A stretch of DNA of 64,000 nucleotides from Candidatus Obscuribacteraceae bacterium (GCA_044229845.1 JBGASG010000003.1:256001-320000), one strand, 5' to 3'. Positions 9,566-19,723 are shown, numbered from the stretch's first letter. A program made the numbers and translations. The notes: generated by a model from the sequence alone, not told the origin.

Positions 9566-10213
9566 ATGTCGGACAAAGAAGATAACAAAATTCCTCCAGT
9601 AACCGGTGGCGACGACGCAGCCGCGCCAGCTACTGAAGGCGGTCCCGGTCAACGCCGCGGACGTCGTGGCGGTCGTGAAGGTGGCGGCGGCGGCGGTGGT
9701 CCGCGTCGCGGTCAGGACGACCGTCCGCGCGAGCAATCCGAATGGGAAGAGAAGATCATTCAAGTTCGCCGTGTGACCAAGGTCGTCAAAGGCGGTAAAA
9801 AACTTTCGTTCCGCGCCGTCGTTGCTGTCGGCAACGGCAAAGGACAAGTGGGTGTCGGCGTCGGCAAAGCTGCCGAAGTAATCGGCGCCATTCAAAAAGG
9901 TGTTGTGGATGCTCGCAAGAGCCTCGTCTCCGTCCCCATGGTCGGCACCACGTTGCCGCACCGCGTCGTCGGAGAACAGGGCGCCAGCCGCGTTCTGCTC
10001 ATTCCGGCCGCCAAAGGTACCGGTATCATCGCCGGTGGCGCCGCTCGTGCCATTCTGGAACTGGCCGGCGTCGGCGATGTGATGGGTAAATCACTCGGTT
10101 CCCGCGCGCCGCTGAATGTGGCCAGGGGCACCATCGACGGGCTCAGACGCCTGCGCACATTCGAAGAAGCAGCCAAGTTGCGCGGCATCTCTGTCCGCCA
10201 GCTGCTGACATAA
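9566..10213 (+). CDS. rpsE: 30S ribosomal protein S5 with RG/G-rich N-terminal extension
   Basis: [30 protein letters not shown]. Confidence 0.99.
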   Translation: MSDKEDNKIPPVTGGDDAAAPATEGGPGQRRGRRGGREGGGGGGGPRRGQDDRPREQSEWEEKIIQVRRVTKVVKGGKKLSFRAVVAVGNGKGQVGVGVGKAAEVIGAIQKGVVDARKSLVSVPMVGTTLPHRVVGEQGASRVLLIPAAKGTGIIAGGAARAILELAGVGDVMGKSLGSRAPLNVARGTIDGLRRLRTFEEAAKLRGISVRQLLT

Positions 10214-10226
10214 CAAGGAGCAGGAA

Positions 10227-10493
10227 ATGGCAACGAAGAAAGAAGAGTCGGGCGCCAAAGCCGGCGGCAAGCGCATCAAAATCAAACTGACCAGCGGTCT
10301 GGTCGGCAAGATGAAGACGCACCGCAAAGTCGTCGAAGCTCTCGGTCTGAAAAGATTCAACAGCGAAGTCGAGCATGTCGACTCGCCGACCATTCGCGGC
10401 ATGGTGAACAAAGTTCGCCACCTCGTCACCGTCGAAGGTGAAGTGACTGCCGCCAACGGCACCAAGCCGAAAGCCAAAGCTGAAGCCAAGTAA
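10227..10493 (+). CDS. rpmD: 50S ribosomal protein L30
   Basis: IKIKLTSGLVG...ALGLKR...DSPTIRGMVNKVRHLV; between rpsE and rplO. Confidence 0.95.
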   Translation: MATKKEESGAKAGGKRIKIKLTSGLVGKMKTHRKVVEALGLKRFNSEVEHVDSPTIRGMVNKVRHLVTVEGEVTAANGTKPKAKAEAK

Positions 10494-10562
10494 CTTACAC
10501 AGAAGCCGAGTCGCACGCCCAATATCTTCTTGAGGCAGCGGCGCAAGGCAAAAGGAGAAACA

Positions 10563-11237
10563 ATGAGACTGGAAGATCTAAGACCCGCCGACGGCGCTCG
10601 TCGCAATAAGAAGCGCGTTGGACGCGGACGCGGCTCGGGTCACGGCAAAACCTCCACCCGCGGCCACAACGGTCAGGGTCAGCGCTCCGGCGAAAGCCGC
10701 CGCTTCGGATTTGAAGGCGGTCAGACACCTTTGTTCCGCCGCTTGCCGAAGATCCATAACTTCGATCAAGTGATCAATCGTGATTGGGTGGAAGTGAATG
10801 TCGGTCAACTGAATGCTCTGCCGGCCAATACTGAAGTGACAGCGGAAAGTCTCGTCGAGCACAACGTGCTGCGTAGCGCCACCGACAGCCTGCGCATTCT
10901 CGGCAACGGCGAACTGAAGGTTGCGTTGAAAGTGCGCGCACACCACATCTCCGCCGGCGCTAAAGAGAAAATCGAAAAAGCCGGTGGCGCAGTTGAACTC
11001 ATCGGTCTGGCTCCGCCCACTAAAGGCAAGAAGCAAGCCAAAGTCAAAAACCCTGCCACCCGCCCCGTAGAGCCGAAGGCTGAAGCGCCGAAAGCCGACA
11101 AGGGCGAAGGCAAGAAAGAGAAGGAAGGCAAAGGCGATAAAAAAGATGCCGGCGCCGCTCCCAAGGGTGAAGCCAAAGAGCCTAAAGCCGAAGGCAAGAA
11201 AGAGAAGCCGGAAGCGAAGAAAGACGATAAGAAGTAA
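10563..11237 (+). CDS. rplO: 50S ribosomal protein L15 with long Lys/Glu-rich tail
   Basis: RVGRGRGSGHGKTSTRGHNGQ, GFEGGQTPLFRRLPK; SD AAGGAG before ATG 10563. Confidence 0.98.
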   Translation: MRLEDLRPADGARRNKKRVGRGRGSGHGKTSTRGHNGQGQRSGESRRFGFEGGQTPLFRRLPKIHNFDQVINRDWVEVNVGQLNALPANTEVTAESLVEHNVLRSATDSLRILGNGELKVALKVRAHHISAGAKEKIEKAGGAVELIGLAPPTKGKKQAKVKNPATRPVEPKAEAPKADKGEGKKEKEGKGDKKDAGAAPKGEAKEPKAEGKKEKPEAKKDDKK

Positions 11238-11339
11238 ACTGGATATCTGTTATTAGTTGTATCAGGGGCGAGTCTAAGACTCGCCCGCTGCGATCTAAGA
11301 CCTTGAACATAGCTAGAAGCTGGAGTAGTACGAAATCAA

Positions 11340-12827
11340 ATGACGCAAAGCGGAGCAAGCGGAGCCCCGGCACCTAAGAAAGGCAGCCCGATCGGTGGTC
11401 CGGAAGAACTGCTGAAAGTACTCAACTCACCGGGATTGCGCGAACGCATCTTATTCACTCTGGCAATGATCGCCATCTATCGCATCGGCGTGCACATTCC
11501 ATTGCCGGGCGTCGACCCTGCCGCTATGTCCAAACACGCCGAACTGGCGCAAAACTTGCTGGGCATGATCGACCTCTTCACAGGCGGCGCCCTCGGCAAG
11601 CTCTCGATCTTTTCAATGGGGATCGGTCCCTACATCACCGCCTCGATCATCATGCAACTGATGGGCGTGGTGGTGCCAAAACTGGAAGAGCTGCAAAAGC
11701 ACTCCGGAGAACAGGGACGCAGACAACTGCAGCAATACACCCGTTATGCAACGGTGGTGCTGGCCGGTTTCCAATCGTTCATGCTCTCGAAGCTGCTTCT
11801 GCAAATTCAAGGACCACCGGTGGTGACGGTACCGCCAGAGATGGCACCGTTGTTTTTGTTTACGGCAACTGTAATCCTCACCGCCTCGGCTCTCTTCATT
11901 ATGTGGCTGGGCGAAACCATTACAGAGCGCGGCGTCGGCAACGGCGCATCGCTTTTGATCTTCCTGGGCATTGCCTCACGTCTGCCTGTGATTATCAAAA
12001 ACACATACGAGGCAATTCATGCCGGCACCACGTCGGCATTCGGCGTTGCGGTTCTCGTGGGAGTCTTCCTCTTGCTGACCGCGCTGGTTGTCTGCCTGCA
12101 ACAAGGCGTGCGCAAAATCATGGTGCTCGGAGCGCGCCGCAACGTCGGCGCCAAAGTCATGTCGGTACCCGATGACTATCTGTACCTGCCGGTTAACCCG
12201 TCAGGCGTTATGTCGATCATCTTTGCGTCATCGTTGCTCATGTTTCCGAGCACCGTCATGTCATTTGCGGGCCGTCAGGGAGGTGACCCGATGGCCGGGT
12301 TGCACCAGTGGCTCTCCGGCTTACCCGGTGTCGGTCCGCAGTGGGCATCGTTCTCAGCACAACCGCAAGTGCAGAAAGTCGGCGACTTCCTGATGACCGA
12401 ATTCGCCCGGCTATTTTCATATCAGGCCTGGGAGCATTCGCTGCTCTACTTCGCATTGATCATGTTCTTCGCGTTCTTCTACGCATCGATTGTGTTGCCG
12501 ATCAAAGACATGGCGGAGAATCTCAGACGCAGCGGACGTTCCATCCAGAACGTCAAACCCGGCCGCCCGACGGTCGAGTTTCTCGAAGTGACTTTGAATC
12601 GGTTGATCTTCATCGGCGCCACCGCCATCGGTATCGTCGCCATCATGCCCATTCACGTGGAGCAAGCAACCGGCGTGCAAACCCTGCAAGGACTGGGTTC
12701 CACGTCGCTAATCATTCTGGTCGGCGTCGCCATCGACACGCAGCGGCAAATCATGACGCACGCCATGGCCGCCAAAACTCATGCCCGCGGACTCTTCCGC
12801 GACAAAGCAACCAAGGAGAACAAGTAG
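11340..12827 (+). CDS. secY: Preprotein translocase subunit SecY
   Basis: RIGVHIPLPG, SIFSMGIGPYITASIIMQL, WLGETITERGVGNGASL, STSLIILVGVAID. Confidence 0.98.
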   Translation: MTQSGASGAPAPKKGSPIGGPEELLKVLNSPGLRERILFTLAMIAIYRIGVHIPLPGVDPAAMSKHAELAQNLLGMIDLFTGGALGKLSIFSMGIGPYITASIIMQLMGVVVPKLEELQKHSGEQGRRQLQQYTRYATVVLAGFQSFMLSKLLLQIQGPPVVTVPPEMAPLFLFTATVILTASALFIMWLGETITERGVGNGASLLIFLGIASRLPVIIKNTYEAIHAGTTSAFGVAVLVGVFLLLTALVVCLQQGVRKIMVLGARRNVGAKVMSVPDDYLYLPVNPSGVMSIIFASSLLMFPSTVMSFAGRQGGDPMAGLHQWLSGLPGVGPQWASFSAQPQVQKVGDFLMTEFARLFSYQAWEHSLLYFALIMFFAFFYASIVLPIKDMAENLRRSGRSIQNVKPGRPTVEFLEVTLNRLIFIGATAIGIVAIMPIHVEQATGVQTLQGLGSTSLIILVGVAIDTQRQIMTHAMAAKTHARGLFRDKATKENK

Positions 12828-12830
12828 GTT

Positions 12831-13493
12831 ATGCAGATACTTTTCCTGGGCGCTCCCGGAGCCGGCAAAGGAACTCAATGCAAGCGCCTGGCACCTGAAC
12901 TGGGACTCATCCATTTGTCATCCGGCGACCTGCTCAGAGAAGCAGTAAAAAACGGCACCGAAGCCGGCAAAAAGGCCAAGTCCTTCATGGACCAGGGCGT
13001 GCTGGTTCCCGATGATGTTTTGATCGCCATGTTCCGCGACAAGCTCTCCTCAGCCGAGTGCAAAAAGGGCGTCATTCTTGACGGGTTCCCCCGCAACCTG
13101 GCTCAGGCTGAAGCTCTCGATAAGCTCCTCGAAGAACTGGACAAGAAGCTGTCGGTGGTTTTGAACATCGACGTCAACGACGAGCTGCTCACCGAGCGCA
13201 TCGCCGGACGGATGAGCTGCTCCAACAAAGACTGCGCCACGCCATATCACCGCAGCTTCATGAAGCCTAAAGTCGAGGGCAAGTGCGACAAGTGCGGCAG
13301 CGAGCTCTCCACCCGCTCAGACGACAAAGTTGAACTGGTGGCAGCCCGTCTCAAAACCTATTACGAACAGACCGAGCCCTTAATCGACTACTACAGCAAA
13401 CGCGGACTCGTCAAAACAATTGACGGCAACAAAGACGCCGACACCATCTTTAGTGATATCTTGAACGCGCTAAAGTCCAACTGCACTCGCTGA
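12831..13493 (+). CDS. adk: Adenylate kinase with Cys-containing (zinc-type) LID
   Basis: GAPGAGKGTQ, SSGDLLR, LDGFPR; LID CSNKDC...CDKC. Confidence 0.98.
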   Translation: MQILFLGAPGAGKGTQCKRLAPELGLIHLSSGDLLREAVKNGTEAGKKAKSFMDQGVLVPDDVLIAMFRDKLSSAECKKGVILDGFPRNLAQAEALDKLLEELDKKLSVVLNIDVNDELLTERIAGRMSCSNKDCATPYHRSFMKPKVEGKCDKCGSELSTRSDDKVELVAARLKTYYEQTEPLIDYYSKRGLVKTIDGNKDADTIFSDILNALKSNCTR

Positions 13494-13515
13494 TTTCAAG
13501 AGATCGCACCTGCCC

Positions 13516-14298
13516 ATGATCTTCACCAAAGAAGAAGAACTCGACCTATTTCGACAAGCCGGCAAAATCGCAGGCGAAGTCCTCGAGCTGATCTCCAAGA
13601 TGGTCGCGCCCGGCGTCACCACGCTCGAGCTGGATACTGTCGCCGAGCAAGCGATTAGAGATCGCGGCGCCATCCCCACTTTCAAGGGGTATCGCAACTT
13701 CCCTAATACGATTTGTGCCAGCGTCAACGAAGAAGTAGTCCACGGCATTCCCAACGGCAAGAAGGTTCTCAAGGAAGGGGATGTCATCAGCATCGACATC
13801 GGCGCCACCATTCGCAAGATGGAAAATGGCAAAAAGTTGGATTACATCGGCGATACAGCGATTACTGTGCCGGTCGGCAAAGTTTCCGAGCGCCTCCAGA
13901 GCCTTCTGGATGAAACTCAGAAAGCGCTTTACGCCGGCATCGAAGCGTCCAAGTCTGGAGCAACGCTCGATGATATCGGCGGCGCCATCGAGGATTTCGC
14001 CACGTCAGCCAACTACGGAATCGTACGTGAGTACGGCGGACACGGCATCGGCTACACGTATCACGAGGAGCCGTTTATCCTCAACTACAGGAGCGGTAGT
14101 CGCACCAAACTCAAAAGTGGTATGGTGATAGCCATCGAGCCCATGTTCAATCAGGGTGGCGATCGCGTACGCCTTAAGCAAGACGGCTGGACGGTTGTTA
14201 CGCAAGATTACAAGCCGTCAGCCCATTTCGAGCATTCACTTTTGATCACAGAGAACGGTCCGGAGATTCTGACAAGGCGTCCAACAGAGCAAATATGA
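13516..14298 (+). CDS. map: Type I methionine aminopeptidase
   Basis: [15 protein letters not shown]...GDTA, GHGIG...HEEP, AIEPM, AHFEH metal ligands. Confidence 0.97.
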   Translation: MIFTKEEELDLFRQAGKIAGEVLELISKMVAPGVTTLELDTVAEQAIRDRGAIPTFKGYRNFPNTICASVNEEVVHGIPNGKKVLKEGDVISIDIGATIRKMENGKKLDYIGDTAITVPVGKVSERLQSLLDETQKALYAGIEASKSGATLDDIGGAIEDFATSANYGIVREYGGHGIGYTYHEEPFILNYRSGSRTKLKSGMVIAIEPMFNQGGDRVRLKQDGWTVVTQDYKPSAHFEHSLLITENGPEILTRRPTEQI

Positions 14299-14516
14299 GT
14301 AAGCAAGGTGTAATCGAGTTCGAAGGCGTGATCCGCGAAAGCCTCCCCAACGCTATGTTTCGGGTCGAGCTCGATAACGGCCATAAAGTGCTGGCTCACA
14401 TCTCCGGGAAGATTCGCAAAAACTTCATTAAGATATTGCCTGGCGATCGAGTGCGTGTAGAGCTCACCCCATACGACTTAACGCGTGGCCGCATTACGTA
14501 CCGCATCAAGGATTGA
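14295..14516 (+). CDS. infA: Translation initiation factor IF-1
   Basis: [14 protein letters not shown]...[16 protein letters not shown]...PYDLTRGRI. Confidence 0.99.
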   Translation: MSKQGVIEFEGVIRESLPNAMFRVELDNGHKVLAHISGKIRKNFIKILPGDRVRVELTPYDLTRGRITYRIKD

Positions 14517-14611
14517 GGTACAATACAGCGTTTGTCTGCGGCTGCATTGACTGGTTTCCCAGTCATGTTTTGTACTCGTTTTCAAGCGCTTACTGAAGCG
14601 ATGGGATCACT

Positions 14612-14725
14612 ATGAAAGTTAGAGCATCGGTCAAGAAAATCTGCGAAAAGTGCAAGGTCATTCGACGCAAAGGGCGTGTAGCCATCATTTGCGAGAACCC
14701 GAAGCACAAGCAACGGCAGGGCTAA
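14612..14725 (+). CDS. rpmJ: 50S ribosomal protein L36 (zinc-ribbon type), below ORF-track cutoff
   Basis: Manual translation [37 protein letters not shown]. Confidence 0.99.
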   Translation: MKVRASVKKICEKCKVIRRKGRVAIICENPKHKQRQG

Positions 14726-14906
14726 AACTCCCTGCGGTGGGTGTCATTTCCCACCGCCAGGGTGCTCGTCCTTTTGCAAAGCAGTACCTCAACTGCAGCG
14801 CACATGCGATGAGCTGTCTCCGCCGCTTCTCTTACGCGCGCGAAAAGAAAACACGATTACTGCCCTTTGGGGCGCTTTGACCCTACAGGGGAACTGGAGG
14901 AACTAG

Positions 14907-15293
14907 ATGGCTCGTATAGCGGGTGTTGACCTGCCGAGAAACAAGAAAGCGCATATTGCGCTGCGCTACATCTACGGCATCGGACCGACGATTGCCGCCA
15001 AGATTTGCCAGAAGCTCAATATCGCTGAAAACAAGCGCGTTCAAGATTTGAACGAAGACGAAATCAGCCGTATTCGTGAAGAGATCGACAAAAACTACCA
15101 GGTCGAAGGCGACCTGCGTCGTATCGAAGGTCTCAACGTCAAACGCCTGATCGAAATCAACTGCTACCGCGGTCAGCGCCACCGCAAGGGCTTGCCCACT
15201 CGCGGTCAGCGCACCAAGACCAATGCCAGAACTCGTCGTGGACGCAAGCGCGTCACCGTCGCCGGCAAGAAGATCGCGCCATCGAAAGGCTAA
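14907..15293 (+). CDS. rpsM: 30S ribosomal protein S13
   Basis: [26 protein letters not shown]. Confidence 0.99.
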   Translation: MARIAGVDLPRNKKAHIALRYIYGIGPTIAAKICQKLNIAENKRVQDLNEDEISRIREEIDKNYQVEGDLRRIEGLNVKRLIEINCYRGQRHRKGLPTRGQRTKTNARTRRGRKRVTVAGKKIAPSKG

Positions 15294-15326
15294 TGCAATA
15301 ACGCAGACATAGGAAGTTTTTGAAAA

Positions 15327-15719
15327 ATGGCTAAAGCACAGAAAGCACGCACGAAGAAGAAGGAACGTCGTTACGTTCTGGAAGGTGTAGTGCACATCTC
15401 ATCCACCTTCAACAACACGATTGTTGCCGCCACCGATCCGCAAGGACAAGTAATTGCCTGGGCATCGGCCGGCACCGTCGGATTCAAGGGCGCCAAGAAG
15501 GGCACTCCCTTCGCCGCCCAGCAAGCCGCTGAATCAGTTGCTCGCCGGTCGATGGACCAGGGCATGCGCAAAGCGGAAGTTCTGGTGAAAGGACCGGGCG
15601 CCGGCAGAGAAACCGCGATTCGCGCTCTGCAAGCCGCCGGTCTGGAAATCACTTTGATCAAAGACGTCACCCCCATCCCTCACAACGGCTGCCGTCCACC
15701 AAAACGGCGTCGCGTGTAA
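15327..15719 (+). CDS. rpsK: 30S ribosomal protein S11
   Basis: [32 protein letters not shown]. Confidence 0.99.
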   Translation: MAKAQKARTKKKERRYVLEGVVHISSTFNNTIVAATDPQGQVIAWASAGTVGFKGAKKGTPFAAQQAAESVARRSMDQGMRKAEVLVKGPGAGRETAIRALQAAGLEITLIKDVTPIPHNGCRPPKRRRV

Positions 15720-15746
15720 TTCGGATTTATAAGAGGAGATCGGCAA

Positions 15747-16370
15747 GTGGCCAGATATACAGATTCAGTTTGCAAATTGTGCCGCAACGAAGGCTTGAAG
15801 CTTTTCTTGAAAGGCACACGTTGCTACACCAGCAAATGCGCCATCGAGCGCCGTCGCTATCCATCCGGACAGCACGGACAAGAGCGCAAGAAACAATCGG
15901 AATACGCAGTGCAACTGCGTGAGAAACAAAAAGTTCGCCGCTTCTATGGCGTACTCGAGAAGCAATTCGAGAAGTACTACTCGGAAGCCAACCGCCAGAA
16001 AGCAGTGCCCACGGGTCTTCGACTCCTGCAGCTTCTGGAATCGCGTCTGGACAACACGGTACACCGCAGCGGTTTCTCTCCGTCGCGCGCCCAAGCCAGA
16101 CAGCTTATTTTGCATGGACACATTCTCGTCGACGGCAAGCGCGTCACTATTCCTTCTTTCCAATTGAAAGCCGGACAGATCGTTTCGATCGCCGAGAAAA
16201 GCAAAGCGCTCTTCAAGAAGCTGCTTGAAGAGAATCCAGCAGTTGGCGCTCCCCGCTGGATGAATGTGGACATGGAGAACTTCAAAGCCTCCATCGCCCA
16301 ACTTCCGGCGCGCGAAGACCTCGACCCGACCATCAAGGAAGCGCTGATCGTGGAATTCTATTCACGTTAA
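15747..16370 (+). CDS. rpsD: 30S ribosomal protein S4 (Cys-containing form, GTG start)
   Basis: CKLCR...C...C, GQHG, QLREKQK, LESRLDN, VEFYSR. Confidence 0.99.
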   Translation: MARYTDSVCKLCRNEGLKLFLKGTRCYTSKCAIERRRYPSGQHGQERKKQSEYAVQLREKQKVRRFYGVLEKQFEKYYSEANRQKAVPTGLRLLQLLESRLDNTVHRSGFSPSRAQARQLILHGHILVDGKRVTIPSFQLKAGQIVSIAEKSKALFKKLLEENPAVGAPRWMNVDMENFKASIAQLPAREDLDPTIKEALIVEFYSR

Positions 16371-16452
16371 GCCTGCCTTCCCGTCCAGTCCAGTCCTCAG
16401 TTTTGCGGTTTACTGCAGATTTGTTCTTCAACAGGAGTGTGTACGACCAGCT

Positions 16453-17397
16453 ATGGAACCTCTCAAAATCAAGTGCTTAGAAAACAAAACCGGAACCGAC
16501 GGATCTATTTACGGCAAGTTCGTAATTGAGCCGCTGGAGAGAGGTTATGGCACCACGATCGGCAACTCTTTGAGACGCGTATTGCTCTCGTCCCTCGACG
16601 GCTCGGCTGTGACCGCCGTCCGCATCGAAGGCGTGACCCACGAATTCACCACCATCCCTGGTGTCGTGGAAGACGTCATCGACGTCATGCTCAACCTCAA
16701 AGGTCTGGTCGTTAAGTCGTACAGCAACGACCCGCAATACCTGCATCTGGACGTGGTCCGTCCGGGTCCTGTCACCGGCCGCGATATCATCTGCCCGGCT
16801 GATGTCACCATCATCAACCCCGACTGGCAGCTGTGCACCCTCGCCGAAGACGGCCGCGTCCGCGCGGAAGTCACCGTCGAGCGCGGTCGCGGTTATGTAC
16901 CCGCCGACGCCCACAGTCACTACAAGCAAGCGATCGACGTTCTGCCGATCGACGCAGTCTACATGCCGATTCGCAAAGTCAGCTACAACGTTGAACCGAC
17001 CCGCGTCGGCGAATCGACCGACTACGACAAACTGACCATCGAACTGTGGTCGAACGGATCTATTGATGCCACCGAAGCTATCAGCCAGGCTGCCCGTCAA
17101 TTGATCGACCACTTCGTACCGATTGCCGAACTGTCCGGCCGCCCGGTGGTGCCAGTCACCGCTCAACCGGCTCAGCCAGACGGCAAACATCACTCCATCT
17201 CCATTGAAGAGCTGGAACTGTCGGTGCGCGCCTACAACTGCTTGAAGCGCGCCAACATCCACTCCCTGGGCGAACTGCTCAAACTCACCTACGACGATCT
17301 GATGAACATCAAAAACTTCGGCAAGAAATCAGCCGATGAAGTCATCGAGCGCTTGCGTCAGTTTGGACTTACGCTCTCCGATACGGCTAAGGCCTAG
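16453..17397 (+). CDS. rpoA: RNA polymerase subunit alpha
   Basis: EPLERGYGTTIGNSLRRVLLSS, LELSVRAYNCLKRA, NFGKKS. Confidence 0.99.
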   Translation: MEPLKIKCLENKTGTDGSIYGKFVIEPLERGYGTTIGNSLRRVLLSSLDGSAVTAVRIEGVTHEFTTIPGVVEDVIDVMLNLKGLVVKSYSNDPQYLHLDVVRPGPVTGRDIICPADVTIINPDWQLCTLAEDGRVRAEVTVERGRGYVPADAHSHYKQAIDVLPIDAVYMPIRKVSYNVEPTRVGESTDYDKLTIELWSNGSIDATEAISQAARQLIDHFVPIAELSGRPVVPVTAQPAQPDGKHHSISIEELELSVRAYNCLKRANIHSLGELLKLTYDDLMNIKNFGKKSADEVIERLRQFGLTLSDTAKA

Positions 17398-17439
17398 TCC
17401 CCCGGCTAGCGCCCTCTCAAAGGACACGAGGATACAATC

Positions 17440-17865
17440 ATGCGTCACCGCGTACCAGGAAATCGCCTGAACAGACCACACGACCAGCACCGCGCCGTGT
17501 TGCGCTCGCTGGCCACCGAGCTGCTCAGACACGACGAGATTTTCACCACTCTTTCCAAAGCCAAAGCCGTCAGGTCGGAAGCGGAAAAGATGATCACGCT
17601 CGCCAAGCGCAGCCACCTGGCTGACTATGCAGACCTGCAAAAGAAAGCCAAAGACGGCGATGCAGAAGCGCAAAAGAAACTGGCTTCCCACGTGCACGTA
17701 CGCCGGCAGATTGCCGCTTACGTCTACGACAACGAAGTCGTCCGCCGCGTCTACGACGTAGTGGCACCGCGTTATGAGTCGCGTCAAGGTGGTTACACCC
17801 GCATCATTCGCGCCGGCTATCGCCGCGGCGATGCTGCCCCGATGGCCCTCATTCAACTGGTCTAG
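17440..17865 (+). CDS. rplQ: 50S ribosomal protein L17 with internal insertion
   Basis: MRHR...TTLSKAK...ITLAK...GGYTRI...RRGDAAPMALIQLV. Confidence 0.98.
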   Translation: MRHRVPGNRLNRPHDQHRAVLRSLATELLRHDEIFTTLSKAKAVRSEAEKMITLAKRSHLADYADLQKKAKDGDAEAQKKLASHVHVRRQIAAYVYDNEVVRRVYDVVAPRYESRQGGYTRIIRAGYRRGDAAPMALIQLV

Positions 17866-17939
17866 TCCCTACAGACTGACAGTTCAGTTCACCGTACGTT
17901 GGCGAGGCTCATCCAGGGCCTCGCCTTTCCATTACCGAA

Positions 17940-18815
17940 ATGCGCATCGCAATCAAACTGGAATACGAAGGCAAAAAGTTCTGCGGCTCGCAGTACCAGG
18001 ACGGCGTGCGTACCGTGCAGGCTGAACTGGAAGCCGCTCTGGGCACATATCTTCGCACAGCGCCACCACGCGTGATACTGGCTGGCCGCACCGACAGCGG
18101 TGTGCATGCCCGAGGCATGGTGGCACACTTCGATTGGCCGCAAGATGCGCAGACCGAGATTGAAAATGGCTCGGCATCAGCTTCTTCACCAGACGCACCC
18201 GCGATAGACCTGTGGCGGTTGTGCTGGGCCCTCAACGGTATTCTGAAAACCGACCTGGCGGTGACGGCAGCGTGTCAGGTTGAAGATCGGTTCCATGCTC
18301 GCTTTTCGGCGCTGGAGCGGACATACGTTTACCGCATCTTAAATCGACCGCAACGCTCCGCCCTGGTCAAGGACAATTGCTACTTCGTGCCTCATCCGCT
18401 CGATCTCGATGGCATGAAAGAGGCTGCGGCGGACCTTCTTGGCACCCACGACTTCGCAGCCTTCCGCTCAACAAATGCCGACAAAAGCACCACAGTCTGC
18501 GATTTGAGCCGCGCCGAATTCTTGAATTTAGGTGAAGGTGAGCTTGAATTCTGGATTACAGCTAATCACTTCGTTTACAATATGGTGCGTATCATTGTCG
18601 GGACGCTCGTGGAAATCGGCCTCGGCAAGCGATCAAAGGCCCGTTTAAGCGAAGCCCTGTCCCGGAAAGACCGTGAGCTAGCGGGTCCGACAGCACCTCC
18701 CTGGGGACTCACCTTGGTCTCTGTAAAGTACCCAGAGGAATTCAAGCTGTTCTGTTGTGAGAATAATCAAATCCCGGTTCTCAATGGAGAGCCAGGGCAG
18801 GAGAATCACCCGTGA
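17940..18815 (+). CDS. truA: tRNA pseudouridine(38-40) synthase
   Basis: [10 protein letters not shown] catalytic motif, [26 protein letters not shown]. Confidence 0.97.
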   Translation: MRIAIKLEYEGKKFCGSQYQDGVRTVQAELEAALGTYLRTAPPRVILAGRTDSGVHARGMVAHFDWPQDAQTEIENGSASASSPDAPAIDLWRLCWALNGILKTDLAVTAACQVEDRFHARFSALERTYVYRILNRPQRSALVKDNCYFVPHPLDLDGMKEAAADLLGTHDFAAFRSTNADKSTTVCDLSRAEFLNLGEGELEFWITANHFVYNMVRIIVGTLVEIGLGKRSKARLSEALSRKDRELAGPTAPPWGLTLVSVKYPEEFKLFCCENNQIPVLNGEPGQENHP

Positions 18816-19267
18816 ATACTTATCAAGCGAAACCCGATGAATTGACGCGCGACTGGTACATAGTCGACGCCGAAGGGCAGACGCTGGGCAGACTGGCTTC
18901 GCAAATCGCTCAAGTCCTGCGTGGCAAACACAAGCCCACCTTCACCCCCCACGTTGATATGGGCGACTTCGTTATCGTCATCAACGCCGAAAAGATTCAA
19001 GTTAGCGGACGCAAGGAAGAGCAAAAGCTCTACCGCCATCACTCCGGTTACCCGGGTGGTTTCAAGACCGAAAACTTGAAGCAACTGAGAGGGCGCCGTC
19101 CGGAAGCCATTCTCGAGCGCGCCGTCCGCGGCATGCTTCCGCACTCCAGACTCGGCGATCGCCAGATCACCAAACTGAAAGTGTATGTCGGCTCCGACCA
19201 TCCGCATGCAGCCCAACAACCGAAGCAATTCAACTTCATGCGCGAAACGGCAAAAGCCGGCAAGTAA
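18812..19267 (+). CDS. rplM: 50S ribosomal protein L13 (GTG start overlapping truA stop)
   Basis: [40 protein letters not shown]. Confidence 0.99.
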   Translation: MNTYQAKPDELTRDWYIVDAEGQTLGRLASQIAQVLRGKHKPTFTPHVDMGDFVIVINAEKIQVSGRKEEQKLYRHHSGYPGGFKTENLKQLRGRRPEAILERAVRGMLPHSRLGDRQITKLKVYVGSDHPHAAQQPKQFNFMRETAKAGK

Positions 19268-19295
19268 GCGACTCAACGAGGATTTTAATTAAGCA

Positions 19296-19694
19296 ATGAC
19301 CAGCGTAATTCAATACTATGGAACCGGTCGCAGAAAGACAGCCACTGCGCGCGTCCGTCTCATCCCAGGCACCGGACAGACCACTATCAACGGTCGCACT
19401 CTGGAAGACTACGTGGGCAACCGACCCGGATTGGCTCGCGAACTGAGCGTGCCGTTCGATGTAGCCGAAGCGCAAGGACGTTTCGACGTAATCGTCACCG
19501 TCTGTGGTGGCGGTATCGCCGGTCAAGTCGGCGCCATCCGTCACGGCATCGCCAGAGCTCTGGCAGAGGCCGCTCCGCAAAACCGTCCGGTCCTCCGTCA
19601 GGGCGACCTTTTGACCCGCGACCCGCGCGTCAAAGAGCGCAAGAAGTACGGCAGAAAGAGAGCGCGCAAACGCTTCCAATTCAGCAAGCGCTAA
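19296..19694 (+). CDS. rpsI: 30S ribosomal protein S9
   Basis: GTGRRKTATARV, GGGIAGQ, LTRDPRVKERKKYG, QFSKR. Confidence 0.99.
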   Translation: MTSVIQYYGTGRRKTATARVRLIPGTGQTTINGRTLEDYVGNRPGLARELSVPFDVAEAQGRFDVIVTVCGGGIAGQVGAIRHGIARALAEAAPQNRPVLRQGDLLTRDPRVKERKKYGRKRARKRFQFSKR

Positions 19695-19723
19695 TCGACC
19701 AGCGATCAGCAATCACAATATAC

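Noticed and set aside
11263..11290. Perfect hairpin GGGCGAGTC-TAA-GACTCGCCC between rplO and secY as a terminator or REP
   Set aside because: No U-tract and no second copy seen; probably an mRNA-stabilising or processing hairpin.
14650..14880. 76-aa ORF in the track
   Set aside because: Out-of-frame overlap with the true rpmJ (14612..14725) and the rpsM leader.
1035..19712. Many long antisense ORFs over the ribosomal cluster (e.g. 1657..2550, 9161..9961, 16477..17262)
   Set aside because: Shadow ORFs of GC-rich, codon-biased genes on the opposite strand.
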